From assembly GCA_963514005.1 (NCBI GenBank), contig OY740785.1, positions 60,822,001-60,886,000 on the forward strand: 64,000 nt of DNA, read 5' to 3'. This DNA comes from Raja brachyura (taxonomy: Eukaryota). The position numbers were made by a program, and so were the translations under genes. Of this stretch, positions 39,201-51,200 are shown one piece after another (position 1 is the stretch's first letter; each line of letters begins with the position of its first letter). A model generated the notes under the pieces. It ran no database searches, was not told the origin of the DNA, and saw only the letters and a program-made list of their open reading frames with translations.

Positions 39201-42200
39201 CCTTTTCACCCTGATCATTCACTATTTTCCACTATCCTGTCAGGCGGAAGACCCGTGCATGAAAGCATGTACCACCAGATTCAAGAACAGCTTCTTCCCC
39301 ATGGCCATCAAACTACTGAAAGGTCCTCTCAGAGGCTCGGGTGACGTCCTGATCTTGTAACCGAACACGTTGCGGACCTTTGTAATGCTATAATGCTGCA
39401 AGACAATATTGTGCACCCTGGTATTTTTCCCTTTGCGCTACCTGTTGTACTTGTGTATGACTTCATTGTACTCAAGTATGATTTAAATTGATAGCACAAA
39501 AACAAAGCTGTCCCCCTTAACTTGGTGGACGTGAGAAAAAACAATATAGTAAATCCTCTTTTTAATGGACCTCTTTATAAAAGATTTTGGTTATAGCGGA
39601 TGGACCAGCCAACACCATCCCGGCTTGCACTGCTTCACCAGCCACATCTTCCAATGCCACCCCCGGTGCACCAGAGAGCCCTTCGTCACCCAATGCACGG
39701 TCTAGTTGACACGCCTGTTGTTGCGACTCATGTTGTAGCGCCTGGGGACAGTGTTTTCTTCAGACCACTGCCAGCGACAGGATGTGCCTGGTCACCTTGG
39801 GGCTGTCTCCCTTCTCACTAGCTACTGCTTTCTGTTGCCCATTGCTTTGTCCACTTCGTCTCTCCAATGCGACCTCCTCTTCCAACTTCCATCGCTCTGT
39901 CCATTCAACTTCTCGCCCCCTCCACCACTACCACCTCCTCCCCCGACATGCTCCTCTTTGGAAGATGTCTACGACTGCAAGGGAGAAGGGGGAGGCGGTG
40001 GTGGGGGAGAGGACGAAGCGATGGGTGAGAGGAGCCCAACGGTGACCAAGTGGGTCCTGTTGGTGGAAGCGGCCTGAAGAAAGCGCGTCCTGTTGGGAGC
40101 TACAACATGAGCCACAACAACAGTCGTGTCAACAGGTGACGGGCTCGCTGGCATAGACCAGCGGCATCAGTCCCTAGTTTTAAGTTAAAATGACACAAAG
40201 TGCTGGAATAAGAGTGAGAAGACTGAATCAGTCTGAAGAAGGGTCCTAACGTCATCTATTCATGTTCTCCAGTGATGCTTCCTGACCTGCTTAGTTCCTC
40301 CGGAACTGTGTGTTTTTTTGTCGATTAACCATTATCTGCTGTTATTTGTTTAAAAAAAAAAGTCAGAGTATGGCTGCCCTGCCAGCAGCTGCTAGTCTTT
40401 TCACCTTTATTTTTAGTTAGTTAAAAGTGTTTGTTTTGGAGCTCTTTTAGTTTTTTTAGGTGGGGGGTGGGGTAAGGGGGAAACTATTTTTCTCAGTACC
40501 TACCCGGTCGCGGATGCGGCTTTTCTCCGAGCCGTGTTTTCGCCCCTTCCTCGCAATGTCCTTTGTTCTTTGTTTCAACTACGTACAACGATAATACCTT
40601 ACTTGGTTATAGCGGACAATCAGCAATAGCGGACACCATTACACACCCCCCCACCATGGTCCGTTACAACAAGGGTTTACTTAGTGTTAAAGAAACACCA
40701 AGTTTCCCTAGCCCTAAATCCCTAACTAGTCTGAAGAAGGGTCTTGACCCGAAACGTCGCCTATCTCCTTCGCTCCTTAGATGCTGCTGCACCCGCTGAG
40801 TTTCTCCAGCTTTTTGGGGTTTACTTAGCCTCAGTAAACATAGGATACACTGAAGAGGTACAAAATACTGGAACAATGCTGGATTCAAAGACAAAACTTG
40901 ACCGTCTCAAAAATATCTACAAAAAATGCCTTTAGTACTTGTCTGTGGAAGACTATCTAATTCTCTCTTTTCATTTTACCATACCAACAGCAGTAAAAAT
41001 ATGAACTACATAACATCAAGTAACATTAATAGCACTTGAAATTCCAAACCTGATTGCTTTTTATACTGGGCTACTCCAAATGTATCAGATTCCTCATCCT
41101 CCGAAACAATCTCTTCATTTCCTGTTTGTACATCTGTTGTTTCCTCTTCCAAAGAGTCACCTTTTTTAATTTTTGTTGGTATAACATCTTGCAGAGCCTC
41201 CTTTCCTAAAATTGAACATAATATGCATTAGCAATGGCTGCCTCGCCAACAGTCTGTCTTATCCTTTTTTTTTTAGTGCCTGTAGCTTGTTTTATGTGGG
41301 GGGTGGGGGCGGTTGGGGAAAACTTTTTCTAATGTCTTACCTCGACGGGGATGTAATTGTTTTACGTATCGTATCTCCTTCCGCATTGCGGCTTAACATT
41401 GATGAGTTGGTGGCCTTTGCTGGAGGCCGATTTCAAGAGCTCCACCGCCGGTGCCTATGGGACTTTAACATCATGGAGTCCGCAATCCCTTTGCCAGGGA
41501 TCAACTTTAGAGCTCCGACCGTGGGTGCTTACAGACTTTAACATCACGGAGCCCGTGGTCTCTGGTCAGAGACCGACTTCGGGAACTCCAAGCCGTGGGA
41601 GTTTCGACTGCCCGGCTGCGGGAGCTTTGATCGCCCTGACTGCCCCAACCACGGGAGAACAAAGAGGAAGAAGATTGGATTTTTTTGCCGGTCATCACAG
41701 TGAGGAATGTGGGGAATCCGCTGTGATGGATGTTAACTTTTATGTAGTTGTGTGTCTTGTTGCTTTTTTTTCATATGGCTGTATGGTACATATGGTATGT
41801 ACCTTAAATGGTACGTGTGACAATAAAAGACCTTTGAAACCTTTGAACTGAAACCAAATTCAATTCAATTATTTAAAATATAAAACTGAACATGAAAGTT
41901 AAATGCAAGAATCCTGCGAATCTGCAGTAAACTCAGGCAGCAGTGTAACTCATACCACACATATCCTATAATATAATAGGGTTGAAGTAACTGATCTTAC
42001 AAAAGGCATTATAGTCCGCCTTTGCACCTATGGGCTGGATAAGGAAAATGTAATGCACTTGTTACAAGAATGCATGGAACGTCTGTCAAACTAGAATCAG
42101 TTCAAACTTTTGTACTAAAATTCCTCCCAACACTCATGATTACAATCGATCCATTTACAATGTTATAGATACATGATAAGGGAATAAAGTTTAGTACAAG

Positions 42201-45200
42201 TGTAAAGCCAGCAAAGTCAGATCAAGGATAGTCCATGAGTCCCCAAAGAGGTAGATAGTAGTTCAGTACTTCTCACTGGTTGTGGTTGCCTGATAACAGC
42301 TGGGAGGAAACTGTCCCTGAATCTGGTGCTGTGTGTTTTCACACTTCCATACCTTTTACCCGATGGAAGAAGGGAAAAGAGGGTGTGGCCAAGTTGAGAC
42401 TCATCCTTGATCATGCTGCTAGCCTAGCTGAAGCAGCGTGAGGTATAAATTGAGTCATTAGAAGTGAGGTTGGTTTGTGTGATGGTCTGGGCTGCATCCA
42501 CAATTTACTGCAATTTCTTGCGGTCTTGGATGGAGCTGTTCCCAAACCAAGCTGTGATACACCCTGATAAATGCTGTCTATAATGCATCGGTAGAAGTTG
42601 GTGAGAGTTGTAGGGGACATGGCAAACTTCCTAACACTTCTAAGAAAGTAGAAGACCCCGAGTGCTGTCTGTTTGGAGTTTGCATTTTTACATGTTAGTT
42701 TCCTCCAGTTTCCTCCCATGTGCCAGAGGTGACAGTGTAAGTTAATTGGCCTCTGTAAATTGCCCCTAATGTGTGGGCAGTGGATGAGGAGGGATAACAT
42801 GGAACTAGTGTGAACCGGTGATCGCTGGTCAGCGTGGACTCAGTGAGCCGAAGGGCCTGTTTCCATTACCATAACTCTAAACTAAAATAGTAAGATTAAA
42901 CAAGAACTTACCAGTTTGAAGTTTGATCTTTATTTTATGAGGAGTTGCGATGAGGGATTTCGTGAAGACCCCGCCAGGCACGCATGCGCGACATTCTTCA
43001 AAGCAGCGGTGTGGAATCACAGATCACAAACCGAAGATAGTAAGATTAAAACTTGACCATACCAGTTGAATATATAATAGAGGGTTGGGAGCGGAGGGCA
43101 CGAAATCCCTCATCGCAACTCCTCATAAAATAAAGATCAAACTTCAAACTGGTAAGTTCTTGTTTAATCTTACTATTTTACTTCGGAGTCACGTGAGTGA
43201 CTTCGTGAAGATTTCAAAGCTCTGTGATTACATGCCCTGGACCACGCCCATGCTCACACACTGCCGTAATTCTGATGGAGGAAGTATGTTAACGTATTTC
43301 AGACTTGAACAAGCTGAAAAAATAATAACATTTGTTAATACAACAATAACCCCCTGAACTCGGGGACAAACGTTTAGGGAACAGCACTTAAAACTGAATC
43401 CGCCAACGTTGCGGGAGCGGTTATAAATCAGTTATAAAACCGCTGAAGTGTAGATTCACTGGCCCAGCTCGCTATTGCGAGGCCAAAATCCATGAACACC
43501 GCCATAGTCCTTGCCACTGATGTGGATGCAGCCCTGATAGAATGACATTTAAAATATTAGTGTCTTACCTGCTGCACCGAATACCACCTCGTGTCATCTG
43601 GAGATAGTCTGCACAATCACCCTGTGACGTGGGTTACCATGGCTGAAACAGACCCGTCTCCATACATCTGATGCCCATTTGCAGACGTGTAGTCCCAGGT
43701 CTGTGTAGTGTAAGTAATTCTTCTGTAAAGAAGTTACCTTAGTATGGTCCGATCATTCTATCCAGGTTTAATTCCTGTAAAGTCATGACCTGTTGAGCTG
43801 TGTTCAGTGCCATTATCATAAGCACTTTGAAGGTGAGTAAGTCCATCATAGGCGACCAGCTCCTGAGGAGGGTCAACACTACCTCATCCCAGTCCAATCT
43901 AGCGATAGGACGACAATGCACTCCTGGCACTGTATACAGCACTGTAACTGAGGGACTCGTCATAATGACGACCCATGAGTATTCCAGCACCTTGGAGAGT
44001 ATAGCAGATATGTAGATGGTCTAGGTCCGACTACAGAAACCTCCCATATCCTTATGTAGGCGAGGTACTGCTTCCTACTGGACTCTCTCTGCACGATGCT
44101 GTTTGACATCCATGGTCCTTTATGTTGCAGAGCCTGGTTGCGTATCCTGCAGCACCTGTCTGATGAAGCAGAATGGGGAAAACATAGAAACCCCGCATTT
44201 CCCCCCAACGTAGCGAAAACGCGTCCATCGCCACTGCCCCAGGATCTAGTTCTCAAGACATATGTTAGTATCCAATGGCTCAACCTGGACGCAAAGAGGT
44301 CGAAATCTGGTATTCCATATTAGGCTATAATTTTAGCAGATATTTGGAGGTTCAATCTACTTGATGTCGTTATTAATACTTGTGACCTGGTGTCCGCCAC
44401 TATATTGAGCTTATCCAGAAGGTACATAGCTGAACTCAAATTTCTTTCAATCCACCAGAGCCAAATTAATGTTTCCAATTCATCCCAAGATATTAACTTG
44501 ACGCCACCCATAAGGTTTAATATGCCTCCTCAGTGGTATTATTTTGAAGACGAACATACGTATGCTGCAGATTAGTACATTAATGCGCAGCCCTGGACAT
44601 GCTCCCAGCATTTCTAAACAGTTTATACCTTGTGATTGAAGAAAGTAGACTCATGCAATCCCATTTACCGCCCCACCTGGAATGGTGTCAGTAGTTCCCC
44701 AGCCCTCGGCGCTTGCGTCGGTTTGTAACGCGACTACTAGGTTTGATGTAATGATGGGATTTAACAATCACAACCATTGCTAATCCACTGTTGTACCTCA
44801 ATTATGCTTGGATTGGCAGCTGCTTAAGCTCGTAATTGTAAGCATTCGCTATACATGCCGAGATTTTGCTTATTCACCCAAGCTTTGATAGCGTAACGAC
44901 CCAATTATGTGGCTGGAATGTAGCTCCAATTTACCCATAGCTTAGCAGCATGTCGAAAGTCAGTTCCCTGGCGCAAGCAAGGCTGTTACATGAATCTATT
45001 ATGGCTATAGCTCTGTTCCCTGGATAGTGACAAACAGAGCCGCAGAATGTATGTACCTCCCTCCTACTTGTGAGGTTATGCATGCAGCACTTCCAAGAGA
45101 ACCAGGCCCCCTTACCTCCATGGTTACCGGCGAGCCTGACGTTCTGGTTTCTAGTATTCCTTCTTTGCTGGGTGCTGCTCGATCGCCTCGGTAAATCCTT

Positions 45201-48200
45201 GTTCCTGCAGCTGGTGTGTGGTGAGGTAGTCTATGCTGGCTCTGCCCTAACAAGGCTTCTGCTGTTGGGGAGCTGGTGCGGATGTGTTCTTGATGGCCTC
45301 GTCTTTGACCGGCTTGGGCAGGTCCTCCCCAAACAGCTGTCTTGGAGGTGTGGTGGAGGTACGACCCAACCCAGCGAATTCAGGGTTAATGTCGGGCCGG
45401 ATGGAGCTCTGACTAAAACAGTTTCCCGAAGTGTGCTACACAGGAGGGCTAGAGCATCCTGCTGCTCTGCGGATGCACCTGCCCCATCGAGGGTCCTGAT
45501 GAGCGCCGTGATGCCCGACGCCAATAGCTTCAGAATTTTCTGCCTCTTCATCTCTTGTTCCCTCGCATTGGAAATTATGTTCCCTCAGATGGCTGAGTCG
45601 ACCCTCGGGACGTTCAGGGTAACACAGTTTCCAGGATCCTTGTACTTCTCCGTGTTTCTGAAAGCACCTGGTCTAGGAACTGGTGTGTCGTCAAGAATTA
45701 ATACTTACTGCCAATGTAGAGTGCAGCGGTACCCCTGAAAACAGGTTTCGGATTTTCGACACCTCCAACTTCTTCTTCTGGATCGAGAGCAGTGGGCTCT
45801 TCTGCTGCCGCTGCTTTGTCAAATCGGCCATCTGTTGAATGCTAGCACTCCCGATGGACGAAGGTGAGATTGAAGGTGGTGGTCATGATCCGAACTCCCA
45901 GACCGCTGAGACTCCTGCTCTTGCCGACCCAGGTCCTGCTGATATAGTTGCTCCACCATTAGCTCCATCCTAGCCATGCGACCGCTGCCGCTACACACGG
46001 ACAACAGGTCGACTTCCCCAGGCCCTGATGAGTCGCTGGGGCTTCTGCCAGTAGGTCACACCTCAACGAAGTGGCTGACAGGTACTCGTCAGCACCCGCT
46101 CCTGCGGGGCTGAACGACTTCCGCACGGACAACCCGCTAGCCCGGCATCCCTCGGACCTTAGCGGCCTCTCTACCTGACGAGCAGGCAGAGGAAAGGAGT
46201 CGGAACCGGTCCCCAATACCGGTCTGTGGTCCGTGCAGGCACACCGTCACCCTCACCCCCAGGGGTCTGTGACGGCGCTTGGCTGGCTTTACCCGCAGCA
46301 ACGGGATTGCCTAACCGTATTCTGCTGCCACCGGTCTGCGCTCCGGCAGCCTGTTCCGGTGCAGTGCCGGTACCTCCTGCTCCCGCAGGCTGTACGACTC
46401 CTGCACGGACATACCGCTAGTCCGCCGTCGTTTGGACCTAAGCGGCACCTCTGCCTGGTGGGAAGGCAGAGGGAAGGATCGGTACCGGTCCCCAATACCG
46501 GCTCCGCTGTCCGTGCAGGCTTGCCGTCACCCTTAACCACACGGGTCCATGAGGGCGCATAGCCGGCGTTACCCGTAGCAATGGGGTTGCCTAGCCGTAA
46601 ACTGCTGCCACCGGTCTGCGCTCCGGCAGCCTGTTCCGGTGGACACCGGTACCTCCTGCTCCTGCAGGGCTCCCCGATTTCCAGCAGGTCCATCACCGGC
46701 CTGCAGTCTAGCAGGTTACCCCCGGCGGTATGTCGATGCCTCCCACTGCAGCGGGGCATGACCTGTGCGCAGCTCTCCCCATCTCTGATACCTGCATAGT
46801 AGGAGAGACAAAACGAGCCGCCGAGCGGGTCACATGTTTACGCACCTTTGCCCCACAGTCACTATGCATAGGTGAGAGTGGTAGGGAGTCCAGGTCTTGC
46901 CCATCCTGCTCCCACGCGGTGCTCCACCATTTTGCGGCCCCATGGTCAGCCGTGGTGGAGAGACGGGTCCTGGCTGCGCAGGGCTCCCCGACCTCCGCGT
47001 TCTTCTGGAATGGTGGCCGCTGACTCCCATCTGAAGTCGCACGGCCCTTGGAGACCTGCTTCGCTGCCTTCATTCTGGTCTCCATCCCTCTGTAAGCAAA
47101 CTCGAATACAGACGCTTAGCTATTCAAAGTTAGTATCTTACCTGAGGGTCTTTAAGAAGTATGGTGACCAGCCTCTCATGCTTTAATAACTTTTATATGT
47201 TGGCAGTCGGAACTTCTTGAAGACAATGCATACCCTAGAGTAGCAGGGCACTTTAATGTAGCCAGGCCACAGAATCCCTGCAGTTGCAGTGTGGAGTCAG
47301 GCTGCCTTTGCTTGCAAGCCTGCTTCTCCCTGAATGCCAGCAACCCGCAGAACCCCTGCAGGCTGCGGTGTAGAGTCGGGCTGCTGCCCATGGCAAGCAC
47401 AGCAAGCCCTACACCACATGCACACCGCCAGCCCGCAGTATCACCCCCGCGGGCTGTGGTGTAGAGTCGGGGCTGCCGCTCCGCCGTTGAAACTTCTGAC
47501 GGCGAGCCTGCAAGCCCGACTCCTGCATGCACACCGCCAGCCCGCAGTATCCCCCGCGGCTGCAGTGTAGAGTCGGGGCTGCCGCTCTACCGTTCCTACT
47601 TTGAACGGCGAGCCTGCAAGCCCCACGCCTACATGTACACCGCCAACCCGCGGTGTTCCCCGCGGGCTGAGGTGTAGAGTCGGGGCTGCCGCGCTGCCGT
47701 CGCGAACTTTTGACAGCGAGCCGGCAAGCCCCATTCCTTTTCGCCCGCGGCGTCCCCTGCGGGCTGCGGTGTGGAGTCGGGCTGCCTCTGCCGTCCTCCG
47801 CCGGCGAGTGTATGAGCCCGGACCCTCCTGGGTCAACGGGCTTCCCGACTCCAACTATTGGAGCCGCCGCTGACTGCCGCAGCAGTCAGATCCGAGGCGG
47901 CTGCGAGACCCTGCGACAGGGCCACCTAGAAGAAAAAGACCGCAGGTTAGTGTTTTACTTACCTGCAGGTCCCAGCAGTAGAGGAGCAACGCTCCTCCCT
48001 GCCTGTCGCTCGCATGCGGTCGACGATATGTCGCGCATGCGTGCCTGGCGGGGTCTTCACGAAGTCACTCACGTGACTCCGAAGTAAAATCTACATCCAC
48101 AACTAAACATATGGTTAAGAGAAAACTAAGCCATTAACAATGCAAATAAGCACTTCCATTGCTGCTGGAAGATAGAGTGATTGTGATATTTCAGATGTTC

Positions 48201-51200
48201 TTTACAGTTTACCTTTTGTAATAACTCCATCTTTTTCAGTGTTACTGTGTTTTTCTTTATTCCATTGTGGTGCAAACAAAATGGTGTTAACGGATTTCTT
48301 CAACTTAAATTCCTCTTCACCCGCTACATTTTGAGAAAAAGATTTGAACAGCCAGTTACAAAGACTATTGATAAAATGGAAGCATAACTTAAATTCCATT
48401 TCCTACAAATTGATGAGGTTTCAGGTTTGATTTCTGGTTTGTGCTGAATGAGGCATCAGAATAAAGGGAGAACAAAGCCAGGATCCTCATGATCATAAAA
48501 CAACAAACATTGACAAAGAACGCATGTGGTTATATTAAACAAATTATCCTTGCATGAATAAGGTATCGGCTATGTTTGCATGGCATAGCCTGACCTAACC
48601 CTGAATACTTTATCAGAATATACCCCTTGCCTGATCTGACCCCAACACAAAGACTAAATCTTGAATCTAGTAGTCAAGCTCTATTTCAATTGTTGAGTTT
48701 CAAATTTAATCTTAATGTCATCCAACCAGAGCAGGATTGTCAATTGGTGTTTATCTTGCTGACTGTTCTTGAGAAAGGACAATTTATACACAGAGATCTA
48801 CTATCCAGATTTCCCCGTTCAGGACATATGTGTGCACCACAGAAACCTTCCATTTGAGGAAAAAGTAGGACAATTAGACGATAGGGAACCCCAAGAAGTT
48901 AGTGCATACCTGGTGAATTCAATCCATAAACAATACGTCAAGATTTTCCTATAAGCAGTTGAATGTTTATTTGTTTGGCACTCTTTTTCTCTCTTCAAAG
49001 GTTGCATAAACCAGTGAATACCTCTGGTTTATTTCCAGTATATACAGTATTTTGTTTTAATAACATGACAGATATATTCAGAAATGAAGTTTAAACAAAT
49101 TGAAATACAATAAAACATAATGCAGCACGTTAAGGACTTCAGTTGTGTTGCACTATCAGACTTTCCGTGCCATTGCAATAACATTGAATTAATTTTTTAG
49201 ATGTAATACTATTGTAATATTTTTTCCAGTAAAGGAACTGTAGAAACCTCCGACCCTGGTGTGTTTCGAGGGAGCAGAGGCGACATCACCCGGTGAATTT
49301 CTAATAGTCAGATAGCAGAGCAGCAGCATTTTACTGTGTATTTACATTGTGGTGATTACATCAAAACAGCAATTTACAATTTCAAACCAAACAATTCTTC
49401 CAAGAAGAAAAAATATACTTGCATTCCCAGAACATCCCAACATACTTTGCAGCCAAGGAGATCATTTTAAAGTGTACTAAGGAATGCATGAAATAAAGAA
49501 GCTAATTTGCACACAACAAACTTTCACAATTTCTAGATTGCATTTTAATAAGGAGTAGGCCAATCTGCTTTTTGAGCCAGCCTGACCCACTGAGTTACTC
49601 CAGCATTTATGTGGTTTTCTTTGCAACCAGCATCTGTAGTTCAATAAGTTTTCCCATCCAATCTTGGCCTCCACACTTTTCTCTTCTCTTTTCAAGTTCC
49701 ATGGCTCCCTTTAGTTCATACAAGTTTATCTCCACAGCTTGGGGGAGCTCCCCAGAGCAGAGAATTCTGGAGTCACAACCCTCCAAGAAAAGAAATCCCT
49801 CCTCATTTCACCTGCAATTGGATCACTTCTTATTTCACACCTGACCCCTGCAGCACTACAATCTGCACTCCTTTTATCCTTTTTGCACAATTTGTTGTAC
49901 TCATGCACATTATTCAATTTATCATGTATCTGTACTATGTGGATGGCTCATGTATTGTATTTCCGCTGCTGGTTGACACACAATCAAAGCTTTTCACTGT
50001 ACACATGACAATAAACTAAACTGACAAAACCAAACTATGTATTGTATTATCTGCATGGATAGTATGCAGATAGTATGGCCTATCTCCTTTGCTCCTTAGA
50101 TGCTGCTGCACCCGCTGAGTTTCTCCAGCTTTTTGTGTAACCCTGGATAGTATGCATCTCAGTTCATGTGACAATAATAAACCTATGGCATTATCTTGAA
50201 ACTATGCCCCCTAAGTTGCAGATAACTCCACCAGAAAATATATTCTCTCAGCATCCACCAAATTAACCTACTTCAGATCACTTCTCAGCTTTCAAATGAA
50301 CATTTATCTAGGAACAGCCTGCTTAACGTCACTTCAGAAATCAATACCCACATCTCTGGCATCAACCAAGTGACCCCATTCACTGAGCTAGCTCCAACTT
50401 AAATATATCGTTCCTCAAATATGGAGACGAAAACTATCAGCAGTACAATAATATAATCTCAGCTGGAAATTTGTATCAAATGTTCTTTTATAGACACAAA
50501 AAGCTGGAGTAACTCAGCAGGACAGGCAGCATCTCTGGAGAGAAGGAATGAATGACGTTTCGGGTCGAGACCCTTCTTCTATGTTCTTTGGACTTGCAGT
50601 AAAGGCCAACATTACACTTTCCTATTCAGGGTTAAATCTTAATTTGAACAACAGTATTTCTTCTAAATAATGGGGTCATTTACAATAGACAATAGGTGCA
50701 GGAGTAGGCCATTCAGCCCTTCACGTCAGCACCGCCGTTCAATGTGATCGTGGCTGATCATCCACAATCAGTACCCCATTCCTGCCTTCTTCCCACATCC
50801 CCTGGCTCAGCTATCTTCAAGAGCCCTATCCGGCTCTCTCTTGAAAGTATCCAAAGAACTGGCCTCCACCGCCCTCTGAGGCAGAGAATTCCACAGACTC
50901 ACAACTCTCTGGGTGAAAAAAACGTTTCTTCATCTCCGTTCTAAATTGCTTACCACATGGCCCCTGGTTCTGGACTCCCCCAACATTGGGAACATGTTTC
51001 CTGCCTCTAGCGTGTCGAAACCCTTAACAATCTTATATGTTTCAATAAGATCCCCTCTCATCCTTCTAAATTCCAGTGTATACAAGCCCAGCTGCTCCAT
51101 TCTCTCAGCATATGACAGTCCCGCCATCCCGGGAATTAACCTTGCGAACCTACGCTGTACTCCCTCAATAGCAGAATGTCCTTCCTCAAATTTGGAGAAA

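Noticed and set aside
45070-45738. 222-aa + strand ORF
   Set aside because: Antisense shadow of the GC-rich DIRS gag remnant; no recognisable motifs.
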